Below the pieces are notes generated by a model, which had not been told where the DNA came from, did no database searches, and saw only the letters and a program-made list of their open reading frames with translations. 64,000 nucleotides of DNA from Macrostomum lignano (taxonomy: Eukaryota). Where the stretch lies: positions 1 through 64,000 of the forward strand of contig NIVC01002554.1 in the NCBI GenBank assembly GCA_002269645.1, given 5' to 3'. Shown piece after piece: positions 25,007 through 37,348 of the stretch. A program made the translations under genes and the position numbers. Every line of letters begins with the position of its first letter. Position 1 is the first letter of the stretch.

Positions 25007-28000
25007 ATGCGGCTGTACACACTTAGCAAGCGCAGCTTTGTATTGGTCTTCCTAGTCTTCTTTGCCTGCTTTGGCCTGGCAGTGTTTGTTGGCCTGCTGG
25101 GACCGCCAATCATCCAGCAGTCGGTGCAGAATGCCAGCAGCTTGAAGCCAGCGCCAACTCCATCTGTCATGCGGCGGGGTCCATTCAATCTGCTAAGCCC
25201 GCCGCTTAACCTGCTGCACCAGCAGCTCTGGCTGGTGGCCAAGTTCTTTGTTGATGAGTCGCAGTGTGAGTTGGTCGCAGTCTGATAATTATTGATTCAA
25301 TAATTTTATAGCATGTAACATAACAGCAGGTGTGGGGGTAACTGACTCGGCAATAAAACTCGCACACACAGACGACCGCAAGCTGGAGTACGGCCTGACC
25401 GTCAGCGTCAACTTGACAAGAGGCCGCGGCGCCAGGTGCGGCAGCTTCTTCAGCGGGCCGCACAGCCGGATGAGGCGGCTGCGGTGCGACCGCAGGGTGA
25501 GGAGTGGAGGCTGGGCTATGTGCTGTAGTTTATGCTGTAGGTGTGCTGTAGTTTATGCTGTAGTTTATGCTGTAGGTGTGGTGTAGAAAACTAAGCGATA
25601 GGCCTAGGACTGCAGCAATATTTCCCATATCTCCCGCGCAGGCCTGCTCCCAGATGACCCTGTTCCACCTGAGCTACATCAACTGCAGCCGATACTCGGT
25701 GCAGGTGGGCTTCTCAGGCCTGGAGAATGTGTCCGGCGAGATGCTGTCGGTGCGCGATGTGCAGTTCGGCTTTGTCACCTACAGTCCGGCCTTCACGCAG
25801 GCGGAGATCTGGCTGAGATTCCTCCTGCTGCTCGCCTCCTTCGTGGCCGTGGTGAGTTCAGTCTCACATCTGTTCTCTCATCCACCATCTGTCCTCTCAC
25901 CCCTCCGTCTCTTCTCTCACCCCACCATCTCTTCTCTCACCCTCCATCTGTTCTCTCACCCCACCATCTGTTCTCTCCCCCTCCGTCTCTTCTCTCACCC
26001 CACCATCTCTTCTCTCACCCCACCATCTCTTCTCTCCCCCCTCCATCTGTTCTCTCACCCCACTATCTCTTCTCTCACCCCAACATCTCTTCTCTCACCC
26101 CACCATCTCTTCTCTCTCCCCTCCATCTGTTCTCTCACCCCACCATCTCTTCTCTCACCCCAACATCTCTTCTCTCACCCCACCATTTCTTCTCTCACCC
26201 ACCATCTGTTCTCTCACCCCACCATCTCTTCTCTCACCTCACCATCTCTTCTCTCACCCCTCCATCTGTTCTCTCACCCCATCATCTCTTCTCTCACCCC
26301 ACCATCTCTTCTCTCACCCCACCATCTCTTCTCTCCCCCCTCCATCTGTTCTCTCACCCCACCATCTCTTCTCTCACCCCACCATCTCTTCTCTCACCCC
26401 ACCATCTCTTCTCTCACCCCACCATCTGTTCTCTCACCCCACCATCTGTTCTCCCACCCCACCATCTGTTCTCTCACCCCACCATCTGTTCTCTCACCCC
26501 ACCATCTCCTCTCACCCCACCATCTGTTCTCTCACCCCTCTACCTCTTCTTTCACCCCGCCATCTCTTCTCTCACCTCTTCATCTCTTCTCTCACCTCTC
26601 CATCTCTTCTCTCACCCCACCATCTCTTCTCTCACCCCAACATCTCTTCTCTCACCCCACCATCTCTTCTCTCCCCCCTCCATCTGTTCTCTCACCCCAC
26701 CATCTCTTCTCTCACCCCACCATCTCTTCTCTCACCCCACCATCTCTTCTCTTACCCCACCATCTGTTCTCTCACCCCACCATCTGTTCTCTCACCCCAC
26801 CATCTGTTCTCTCACCCCACCATCTCTTCTCTCACCCCACCATCTGTTCTCTCACCCCACCATCTCCTCTCTCACCCCACCATCTGTTCTCTCACCCCTC
26901 TACCTCTTCTTTCACCCCGCCATCTCTTCTCTCACCTCTTCATCTCTTCTCTCACCTCTCCATCTCTTCTCTCACCCCACCATCTCTTCTCTCACCCCAA
27001 CATCTCTTCTCTCACCCCACCATCTCTTCTCTCCCCCCTCCATCTGTTCTCTCACCCCACCATCTCTTCTCTCACCCCACCATCTCTTCTCTCACCCCAC
27101 CATCTCTTCTCTTACCCCACCATCTGTTCTCTCACCCCACCATCTGTTCTCTCACCCCACCATCTGTTCTCTCACCCCACCATCTCTTCTCTCACCCCAC
27201 CATCTGTTCTCTCACCCCACCATCTCTTCTCTCACCCCACCATCTCTTCTCTTACCCCACCATCTGTTCTCTCACCCCACCATCTGTTCTCTCACCCCAC
27301 CATCTGTTCTCTCACCCCACCATCTCTTCTCTCACCCCACCATCTGTTCTCTCACCCCACCATCTCTTCTCTTACCCCATCATCTGTTCTCTCACCCCAC
27401 CATCTGTTCTCTCATCCCACCATCTCTTCTCTTACCCCACCATCTGTTCTCTCACCCCACCATCTGTTCTCTCACCCCACCATCTGTTCTCTCACCCCTC
27501 TACCTCTTCTTTCACCCCGCCATCTCTTCTCTCACCTCTTCATCTCTTCTCTCACCTCTCCATCTCTTTTCTCACCCTTCCATCTCTTCTCTCACCCACT
27601 ATCTATCTCACCCCTGTCTTCCACCTCCCCTCTATCTTATCTTTCATCCCAACAAGCAAAAGCTCCCGCCCCCGCACCGCCACCAGTGCCTGTTCATGCA
27701 CTCGCTGAGGAGATTTCTGTTGCGCGACTGGAGCATCGAGCAGCGCTGGATGGCCCTCCTGCTGCCGCTGCTGCTGCTGTACAACGGTAAGCCGCCTTTA
27801 TTTTTTAAAGCCTTATTGCCTACTATAAGTAGCCTAGGCTGAATTGCTTGCGGTATTGCAGATCCGCTGCTGCCGCTAACGTTTTTGGTGAATCACTGGC
27901 TGCCGAGCATGCTGGACACCGTGTTCCAGGCCACCTTCCTGTGCACCCTGCTCATGTTCTGGCTGTGCATCTATCACAGCGTGCGCGAGGTGAGGGCGCT

Positions 28001-31000
28001 TGTGATCGGCTGTTTGTGGGGTCATGCTCTATATGTACACTTAGCAGGATCATTTTCAAGTATGTATGCTAGCTGAGTCATGTTCAATTATGTATGTACT
28101 ACCAGGATCATGTTCAAGTATGTACATGTGTGAGCAGGATCATGTTCAATAATGTACATGTGTTAGCAGGATCATGTTCAATTATGTACTAGCAGGATCA
28201 TGTTTAAGTATGTAAATGTGTTAGCAGGATCATGTTCAATTATGTACTAGCAGGATCATGTTTAAGTATGTAAATGTGTTAGCAGGATCATGTTCAATTA
28301 TGTACTAGCAGGATCATGTTTAAGTATGTAAATGTGTTAGCAGGATCATGTTCAATTATGTACTAGCAGGATCATGTTTAAGTATGTAAATGTGTTAGCA
28401 GGATCATGTTCAATTATGTACTAGCAGGATCATGTTTAAGTATGTAAATGTGTTAGCAGGATCATGTTCAATTATGTACTAGCAGGATCATGTTTAAGTA
28501 TGTAAATGTGTTAGCAGGATCATGTTCAATTATGTACTAGCAGGATCATGTTTAAGTATGTAAATGTGTTAGCAGGATCATGTTCAATAATGTACATGTG
28601 TTAGCAGGATCATGTTCAATTATGTACTAGCAGGATCATGTTTAAGTATGTAAATGTGTTAGCAGGATCATGTTCAATTATGTACTAGCAGGATCATGTT
28701 TAAGTATGTAAATGTGTTAGCAGGATCATGTTCAAGTATGTACATGTGTTAGCAGGATCATGTTCAATTATGTAAATGTGCTAGCAGGATCATGTTCAAG
28801 TATTGTAGGTACATCTGCAAGCAAAATCATACTCAGGCAGACATAACTAGCATATTAGCGGAATCCTCTTCAACCATGCACTATTAGTACCGTGTTCGAT
28901 TGCTCCAACTTACCTACGAGTACTTAAGTAGCATAATTGCAATGTTTAGAACGAGCGGCACTTCTGCCGGTTTTACCTGCCCAAGCTGGTTATTGTGGCC
29001 GCGATGTGGCTCTTTGCTCTGGTCATCTCGGGCTGGCAGACCGCTCACGAACTGCGGGATCCGACCTATTTTTATCGACTGGACACCGGCAATTTTATGG
29101 TGAGAACCGGGCAGGCATGGGTCTAGCAATCCTCGGATTTTGACGCTTCCATTTTGTCACCCTAAATTCGCAGGCGCTTAAAGTGACTTTTCTGACCATT
29201 TGCGGACTTTACGTGCTTTACCTGGTCTACTTGGTGGTTCGGGCGTTTGCCGAGCTGAGATCTATGCCCTACTTTGGTGAGCTTTCAACCTGCAGATTTT
29301 CATTTTTTTTCGATATATATCGGCTCCGAGGTTATTTTTGTATTTTCTCTGCATATCGGCTTCTAGCCTACTTTGTATTTTCGATACATATCGGCTCCGG
29401 TGCTATTTTTTTACTTTCTATACATATCGACTCCGAGGACATTTTGTATTTTCTATACATATCGACTCCGGTGCTATTTTTTACTTTCTATACATATCGA
29501 CTCCGAGGACATTTTGTATTTTCGATACATATCGGCTCCGGTGCTATTTTTTACTTTCTATACATATCGACTCCGAGGACATTTTGTATTTTCGATACAT
29601 ATCGGCTCCGGTGCTATTTTTTTACTTTCTATACATATCGACTCCGAGGACATTTTGTATTTTCTATACATATCGACTCCGGTGCTATTTTTTACTTTCT
29701 ATACATATCGACTCCGAGGACATTTTGTATTTTCGATACATATCGGCTCCGGTGCTATTTTTTACTTTCTATACATATGGACTCCGAGGACATTTTGTAT
29801 TTTCTATACATATCGGCTCCGGTGCTATTTTTTACTTTCTATACATATCGACTCCGAGGACATTTTGTATTTTCTATACATATCGGCTCCGAGGACATTT
29901 TGTATTTTCGATACATATCGGCTCCGGTGCTATTTTTTAATTTCTATACATATCGACTCCGAGGACATTTTGTATTTTCTATACATATCGGCTCCGAGGA
30001 CATTTTGTATTTTCGATACATATCGGCTCCGGTGCTATTTTTTACTTTCTATACATATCGACTCCGAGGACATTTTGTATTTTCTATACATATCGGCTCC
30101 GAGGACATTTTGTATTTTCGATACATATCGGCTCCGGTGCTATTTTTTAAATTTTCTATAGATATCCTCTCCTATGCTATTTTTTACTTTCTATACATAT
30201 CGACTCCGAGGACATTTTGTATTTTCGATACATATCGACTCCGAGGACATTTTGTATTTTCTATACATATCGACTCCGAGGACATTTTGTATTTTCGATA
30301 CATATCGGCTCCGGTGCTATTTTTTACTTTCTATACATATCGACTCCGAGGACATTTTGTATTTTCGATACATATCGACTCCGAGGACATTTTGTATTTT
30401 CGATACATATCGGCTCCGGTGCTATTTTTTACTTTCTATACATATCGACTCCGAGGACATTTTGTATTTTCTATACATATCGGCTCCGGTGCTATTTTTT
30501 ACTTTCTATACATATCGACTCCGAGGACATTTTGTATTTTCGATACATATCGGCTCCGGTGCTATTTTTTACTTTCTATACATATCGACTCCGAGGACAT
30601 TTTGTATTTTCTATACATATCGGCTCCGAGGACATTTTGTATTTTCTATACATATCGACTCCGAGGACATTTTGTATTTTCTATACATATCGACTCCGAG
30701 GACATTTTGTATTTTCGATACATATCGACTCCGAGGACATTTTGTATTTTCGATACATATCGACTCCGAGGACATTTTGTATTTTCGATACATATCGACT
30801 CCGAGGACATTTTGTATTTTCGATACATATCGGCTCCGAGGACATTTTGTATTTTCGATACATATCGACTCCGAGGACATTTTGTATTTTCGATACATAT
30901 CGGCTCCGAGGACATTTTGTATTTTCGATACATATCGGCTCCGAGGACATTTTGTATTTTCGATACATATCGGCTCCGAGGACATTTTGTATTTTCGATA

Positions 31001-32163
31001 CATATCGGCTGCCGTAATTTTATTTAAATCCTTTTGATGCATATCGGTTGAGATGCTACTGTTTTTGATACATATCACTTTCTCCTTCCTTCGAACGCTC
31101 AGATCTTCGCCTGAAGTTTAGCACCTTCCTGATGCTGATAGTCATCGGGGTGACCATTGCCATTGCCGCCATGCGCTGGGGCTCCGGCGTGTTGGATGAC
31201 AGCTTCGTCGCCGAGGTGTCCGCCCGCTACGACAATTCGGCTGAGTTCGTGTCATTCTACTGCCTGCTCAATTTCTACCTGTTCGCCATGGCCTTCGTGT
31301 ACAGCCCGAGTAGGAACGCTGCTCACGGTGAGGCATATGGCTGGCTACTTAAAATCAGAATTTTTTAATACTACTGATCAGTGTCAGTAGTCAGTAGTAT
31401 CATTGGCACATTCACCGAATTTCTTTACAGAAACTCAATTCAAAGACGATCCCGGGGTCAGCATGGTCACTGATAGCGATGAGGATGCGGTGTACGAGTG
31501 AGTCGCTTTTAATTCTGGCAATTTCTGCAGCCTCTTTGACCTGCTCTGTCATGCACAGCTTTTTTGGAAAATCTGTTTGAAACTGTACTATCGCTTCCAA
31601 TTAAATATGAGCATTCTCTTGCTCCCTGTCTTATTCAGTGTCTCACTCACTGCCTTCACCCACTGCTTCACTCACTCACTGCCTCACTCACTGCCTCACT
31701 CACTGCCTCACTCACTGCCTCACTCACTGTCTCACTCACTGCCTCACCCACTGCTTCACTCACTGCCTCACTCCCTGCCTCACCCACTGCTTCACTCACT
31801 CACTGCCTCACTCACTGCCTCACTCACTGCCTCACCCACTGCCTCACTCGCGCACCCCACAGTCTAAGCGTGGGCATCCTGCGCCCCAACCGGCAGAGGC
31901 GGTCCGCCTCAGCGCTGCTCATGTGGGTATCGCAGCTGCGGAGCTGCATTTACAAGAATAAAATCAATTTTCTATTAGCCTCACTTAATGTTCTCAACAC
32001 TTTTCCACAGTGATTTGGTTTTCGGATAATCTTAAAAAAGTTGCGAAAGAAAACTTAAATTTGCACTCTGTTCGTCACTTCATCAACCTGCAGGTCTGAC
32101 GTCACCGAGAATTCCTTCATGCTGAAGCCGGGAGGCAGAGCGGCTGGCCTGGGCGCGCGCTAA
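25007..32163 (+). CDS. TMEM181: Transmembrane protein 181 (MIG-14/Wnt-bd domain, Wntless-related), 10 exons, 478 aa
   Basis: Exons 25007-25265, 25372-25496, 25642-25851, 27687-27786, 27862-27989, 28950-29099, 29174-29276, 31103-31327, 31431-31497 and 32094-32163; all GT-AG with consistent phases, total 1437 nt. Hallmark peptides: MRLYTLSKRSFVLVF, DWSIEQRWMALLLPLLLLYNDP, FYLPKLVIV, DLRLKF, NSAEFVSFYCLLNFYLFAMAFVYSPS. An upstream exon cannot be excluded. Confidence 0.95.
25863..27600. repeat. 20-bp C/T-rich minisatellite (CTCACCCCACCATCTCTTCT) in TMEM181 intron 3
   Basis: Direct tandem units. A higher-order 360-bp block starting at 26521 recurs at 26881, and partially at 27481. Confidence 0.95.
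28040..28800. repeat. 58-bp dimeric minisatellite (26-bp + 32-bp AGCAGGATCATGTT units) in TMEM181 intron 5
   Basis: Alternating agcaggatcatgttcaattatgtact and agcaggatcatgtttaagtatgtaaatgtgtt units. Confidence 0.95.
29315..31010. repeat. 35-bp minisatellite with two unit types in TMEM181 intron 7
   Basis: Unit A is atacatatcggctccggtgctattttttactttct and unit B is atacatatcgactccgaggacattttgtattttcg. They alternate in the 5' part; only B occurs after about 30590. Confidence 0.95.
31640..31850. repeat. 12-bp repeat (CTCACTCACTGC)n in TMEM181 intron 9
   Basis: Direct tandem copies. Confidence 0.9.
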
Positions 32164-32199
32164 GGCGGGCAATGGATCTCCGGGTCTCTCAGTCACTGT

Positions 32200-33190
32200 C
32201 TCTAAGTCCCTCATCCACTGTCCCCAAGTCCCTCACCCACTGTCCCCAAGTCCCTCACCCACTGTCCCCAAGTCCCTCACCCACTGTCCCCAAGTCCCTC
32301 ACCCACTGTCCCCAAGTCCCTCACCCACTGTCCCCAAGTTCCTCACCCACTGTCCCCAAGTTCCTCACCCACTGTCCCCAAGTCCCTCACCCACTGTCCC
32401 CAAGTTCCTCACCCACTGTCTCCAAGTCCCTCACCCACTGTCCCTAAGTCCCTCACCCACTGTCCCCAAGTCCCTAACCCAGTGTCTCCAAGTCCCTCAC
32501 CCACTGTCCCCAAGTCCCTAACCCAGTGTCCCCAAGTCCCTCACCCACTGTCCCCAAGTTCCTCACCCACTGTCTCCAAGTCCCTCACCCACTGTCCCTA
32601 AGTCCCTCACCCACTGTCTCCAAGTCCCTCACCCACTGTCCCTAAGTCCCTCACCCACTGTCCCCAAGTCCCTAACCCAGTGTCCCCAAGTCCCTCACCC
32701 ACTGTCCCCAAGTCCCTCACCCACTGTCCCCAAGTCCCTCACTCACTGTCCCCAAGTCCCTCACCCACTGTCCCCAAGTCCCTCACCCACTGTCCCCAAG
32801 TCCCTCACCCACTGTCCCCAAGTCCCTAACCCAGTGTCTCTAAGTCCTTCACCCGCGGTACCTAAGTCCCTCACCCACTGTCCCCAAGTTCCTCACCCAC
32901 TGTCTCCAAGTCCCTCACCCACTGTCTCCAAGTCCCTAACCCAGTGTCTCCAAGTCCCTCACCTATTGTCCCCAAGTCCCTTACCCACTGTCCTTAAGTC
33001 CCTAACCCAGTGTCTCCAAGTCCCTTACCCACTGTCCTTAAGTCCCTCACCCACTGTCCTTAAGTCCCTCACCCACTGTCTCCAAGTCCCTCACCCACTG
33101 TCTCCAAGTCCCTCACCCACTGTCTCCAAATTCCTCATTCTGTCCCCAAGTCCCCACCCACTGTCCTTAAGTCCCTCACCCTGTCCCCAA
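32200..33190. repeat. 22-bp minisatellite (CCCTCACCCACTGTCCCCAAGT)n just 3' of the TMEM181 stop
   Basis: About 45 tandem copies with point variants. Confidence 0.95.
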
Positions 33191-33438
33191 TCAACCTACA
33201 TAAAAAGTCAATAACAACAGTTTTTAATTTAATTTTCATATTTTATGCATGCACAATATCGTTGTGCCCAAAACTGAGTATTTAAAAGGAAAAGTAAATT
33301 TTTTGAGTCACAGTCATTTGTGTCGTTTTTGACTTCCCGAGTTGCCCTTGTCAGTTTAAGCTTGTTGTCCATTTCCATGCGCAAATATTTGTATTAATAA
33401 GTGCTTCCCATTTTTATCTCGTTGGTCTCGGCTTCTCT

Positions 33439-33450
33439 GGTCACGTGACC
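33439..33450. promoter_or_regulatory. Palindromic E-box/CLEAR-like motif GGTCACGTGACC
   Basis: Perfect 12-bp palindrome upstream of the unresolved 34-39 kb locus; function is inferred only. Confidence 0.3.
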
Positions 33451-33825
33451 TGGTGATGGAGATATTTTTTCTAATCCGGGCTCCGAGTTCTGTTGTCTAC
33501 GCCAGCTCTGCCCAAGCCTTGTGTGATGCCGTTTGTTTGTACAGACTTCCCAAACATTTTTTCATTTTTTTGCCGTGTTCTTGAGGAGCCGGCTCTTCCC
33601 GTGCTCTGACAATATTTTTTTCCGCACGCGGTTTGTTGCTTCCAAACTTTACTTATAAGCAGTTTATTAAAGTGCACCTTTTGGTTGGTTTTTGACAATT
33701 TTTGTTTATTTTTATTCTGTGCAACCCGTTCACTGGGGCTTCCTGCATTCAGAGCTGTGTACGTCTGACCGCTGCTTTTGAGCTGCCTGCATCCGCCTCT
33801 GACTGCTCTTGTGATCTGCCGTCTC

Positions 33826-34010
33826 CCTCTCACTCTCCCCCTCTCCCTCTCACTCTCCCCCTCTCACTCTCACTCTCATCCTCTCCCTCCCCCTCTCACT
33901 CTCCCCCCTCCCTCTCACTCTCCCCCTCCCTCTCCCTCTCACTCTCCCCTCCCTCTCCCTCTCCCTTTCCATCTTCCTCTCTCCCTCTCCCTCTCTCCCT
34001 CAATCTCCTT
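33826..34010. repeat. (CTCTCC)-type polypyrimidine tract
   Basis: Almost pure C/T sequence. Confidence 0.85.
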
Positions 34011-34864
34011 CTCTAGAGAGCTCACGTATTTATTTCTCTCCGACTCTCCCTTCCTCAGTTTCTGCTCCCCTTCTCGTTTACTTCCCCTTACAAATGTCTG
34101 TTCGTGTCTCCATTCCTTCATCGCTGCAGCAGCCCAGATTAAACGGAATACTGACATGCCGCAGATCCGGCCATAAAATCTTCCAATGACCGTTTTTTCG
34201 CACTATCCTTATTCGGTAAAGTTTTGTGATCCCTTCGCATCCGTTCCCGTTGTTGTGTCCTGCTGTCCCCCACCCCGCCTCTATGCACTGCTGACGCTGA
34301 ACTTCTGGCTTGAGCACCTGCTCAAATATAATGAAATTCGGCCCAGGCTGTGGTGTAACAACAGCAGATCTGTTAAAATGTTCTTTTTTTGAAATGAGCA
34401 AAACTAACCCTTTGAATTTGTATTTACAAACGCATTCCTATTGTTTTAACTGTGTTTTAATCAGAATTTAAGCAAGATCCCAGACTAAGCCGCTGCCGTG
34501 ATGAGGGCTTCAGGCGCTTCAAGGACCCTGAGCTCGCGCACACGCTCAAATCTGATTAAATATCGCTCGATTTCTACAAAGTCAAGGAAGCGAAACTTTA
34601 AAGTTCACGTCAAGTTAAATTTCTACCACTTTAACTTGTCTTACTTTTAGAGCTATTAGATTTGAGAACTTGAAAAGGCGTCTCAAAGGAACAAGATGAG
34701 CGCGAAAGTGCAGCAGCAAGGAAGCAAGTATAGTTGAACATGGCAAACAATTGTCTGAAAGTTCACCACATTGACGGCATAAATGTAGCCTCTCTATCCA
34801 GCCCTCGGGTCCTTTGCAACTTTACAATAGCAATCCGATCCGCTCAAGGTTTGTCTATTCTCAA

Positions 34865-36065
34865 CTCTCCTCTCTCTAATCGCGTCTTCTCTTTTCTCTT
34901 CTCTCTCCTCTCCTCTCCTCTCCTCCCCTCTCCTTTCTCGCACTTATTTTTTCTCCTTTTTCCTCTCCTCTCCCCTCTCTCCTTTCCTCTCATCTCCTCT
35001 CCTTTCCTCTCCTCTCCTCTCTCCTCTCTTCTCCCCTCTCCTCTACTACTCTCCTCTCCTCTCCTTTCCTCTCCTCTCCTCTCCTCTACTCCCCTCTCTC
35101 CTTTCCTCTTCCTCTCCTCTCCTTTCCTCTCCTTTCCTCTCCTTTCCTCTCCTCTCCTCTCCTGTCCTCTCCTCTCCTCTCTCCTCTCTTCTCCCCTCTC
35201 CTCTACTACTCTCCTCTCCTCTCCTCTCCTCTCCTCTCCTTTCCTCTCCTCTCCTTTCCTCTCCTCTCCTTTCCTCTCCTCTCCTCTCCTCTCCTGTCCT
35301 CTCCTCTCCTCTCTCCTCTCTTCTCCCCTCTCCTCTACTACTCTCCTCTCCTCTCCTCTCCTCTCCTCTCCTCTCCTCTCCTCTCCTCTCCTCTCTTCTC
35401 CTCTCCTCTCCTCTCCTCTCCTCTCCTCTCCTCTCTCCTCTCTTCTCCCCTCTCCTCTACTACTCTCCTCTCCTCTCCTCTACTCCCCTCTCTCCTTTCC
35501 TCTTCCTCTCATCTCCTCTCCTTTCCTTTCCTCTCATCTCCTCTCCTTTCCTTTCCTCTCCTTTCCTCTCCTCTCCTTTCCTCTCCTTTCCTCTCCTTTC
35601 CTCTCCTCTCCTCTCCTCTCCTCCCCTTTCCTCTCCTCTCCTGTCCTCTCCTCTCCTCTCTCCTCTCTTCTCCCCTCTCCTCTACTACTCTCCTCTCCTC
35701 TCCTCTACTCCCCTCTCTCCTTTCCTCTTCCTCTCATCTCCTCTCCTTTCCTTTCCTCTCCTTTCCTCTCCTCTCCTTTCCTCTCCTCTCCTTTCCTCTC
35801 CTCTCCTCTCTCCTCTCTTCTCCCCTCTCCTCTACTACTCTCCTTTCCTCTCCTCTCCTCTCCTCTCCTTTCCTCTCCTTTCCTTTCCTCTCCTCTCCTC
35901 TCCTCTCCTTTCCTCTCCTCTTCTCTCCTTTCCTCTCCTCTCCTCCCCTCTCCTCTCCTCTCCTCTCCTCTCGTCTCCTCTCCTCTCCACTTCTCTCCTT
36001 TCATCTTCTATATTCTGTCCTCTCTCCTTTCTCCTCTCTTTTCTATTTGATTTCCCTCTCCCCTC
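34865..36065. repeat. (CTCTC/CTTTC)n pentanucleotide polypyrimidine microsatellite, ~1.2 kb
   Basis: Nearly purine-free plus strand; source of the LSSP and RGEE pseudo-ORFs. Confidence 0.95.
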
Positions 36066-36642
36066 CTCAGGCCCGCAGTCATGCTTTAGGTTCTCTATCT
36101 GGCCCTGGAGGCAAAAAGTTTGCTCACCCCTGATGTAGATGGTCACTCCTGTGGAATAATAACAATATTTTTCTCTTCATTCGCTACAATCTTTAGTGTA
36201 TCTTCTTGGATGGACTTGGATCGATTTGAGCGCAAGAAATGCTTTGGTTTCTCCTTGCAAAAGTAGTTCCGTTATTTGCTTAGTCACTTAGCGTATCAGG
36301 TTTTTATCAGATTAAATATCAAAGACAGTCAAACAGTCAAAGAATCGTGGACCATTTGCTAGACTGTTGGACTTTAGCTAGTTGGGCCAAATTAAATGCT
36401 GCTGTTGCCAACCTTGCTACCATAGACAAAATCTGCATTATTTTAATAAACATATTTTCGATTAAATTCCATTCGTGTAAGCACAATTGTTAGGAAATAT
36501 TTCTAAAAATAGAAATCCCTTTTGAGTACGTAAAATGGACTTCTATTGAACCATTCGATCACAGAAATTCTATTCGATTAAAACAATTGATTAGGTACCA
36601 TCATCGGTCGTTCCAAAACTATAGTCATTTTTTTTTCAAAAG

Positions 36643-37348
36643 ACATTCGACTGCCGGAATTTGCTGTGCGTCATGAACGATGACCAGCCAATGCGGGAGC
36701 CCCGAAGTATGCTGCGCGTCTGCTTGTGGGAGGAAGAGCTGCGGGAGCTCGGGGTCAGTGAGCAGTGCTCCAAACTGCTCGACTTCACCTGCAGGAGCCT
36801 CGTTGTGACGCCGTTCCACTTCTCTGAGTCCACCGTCAAGGTAGGGATGAGGTAGGGATGGAGTAGGGATGGGGTAGGGATGGAGTATAGGGATGTGGTA
36901 TAGGGATGGGGTATAGGGATGGGGTAGGGATGGGGTAGGGATGGAGTATAGGGATGTGGTATAGGGATGGGGTATAGGGATGGGGTATAGGGATGGGGTA
37001 GGGATGGGGTATAGGGATGGGGTAGGGATGGGGTATAGGGATGTGGTATAGGGATGGGGTATAGGGATGGGGTATAGGGATGGGGTATAGGGATGGGGTA
37101 GGGATGGGGTAGGGATGGGTTAGGGATTGAGTAGGGATGGGTTGGGGTAGGGATGGGTTGGGGTAGGGATGGGTTGGGGTAGGGATGGGTTGGGGTAGGG
37201 ATGGGTTGGGGTAGGGATGGGTTGGGGTAGGGATGGGCCCTGCGGGTTGCGGGTTCCACCATGGGGTTGACTGCTTGCCTTTGTATGCTTTTAGAAGCCA
37301 CGAGGCTTCGAAGGCAGCAGTGAGCGATTCCGTGAGCACGGTCGCTAG
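36643..37348 (+). CDS. Exons of an uncharacterised gene; upstream exons probably lie in 34.2-36.3 kb
   Basis: Exon 36643-36840 reads TFDCRNLLCVMNDDQPMREPRSMLRVCLWEEELRELGVSEQCSKLLDFTCRSLVVTPFHFSESTVK, with GC3-rich codons and donor AAG|GTAGGG. A phase-compatible exon at 37295-37348 reads KPRGFEGSSERFREHGR*. No family recognised. Confidence 0.5.
36841..37236. repeat. G-rich intronic minisatellite (GGGATGGGGTATA / GGGTTGGGGTAGGGAT)
   Basis: Starts exactly at the donor GTAGGGATG; contains many GGG runs. Confidence 0.9.

Noticed and set aside
25852-27708. 710-aa ORF with a long SHP/LSP-rich tail
   Set aside because: Only 25642-25851 is a TMEM181 exon; the rest is read-through of a stop-free 20-bp intronic repeat past a strong GTGAGT donor.
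28040-31010. Repeat/spacer-like alternation in the 58-bp and 35-bp arrays
   Set aside because: The apparent spacers are themselves repeated and related to the repeat; these are dimeric minisatellites.
29277-31078. Several 100-600-aa F/Y/I-rich ORFs on both strands
   Set aside because: Translations of the 35-bp intronic minisatellite.
34734-36146. 438-aa LSSP-rich ORF and RGEE-rich antisense ORFs
   Set aside because: Translations of the (CTCTC)n microsatellite.
37120-37236. Interstitial telomere
   Set aside because: Only one TTAGGG occurs; the unit is a 16-bp GGGTTGGGGTAGGGAT minisatellite.
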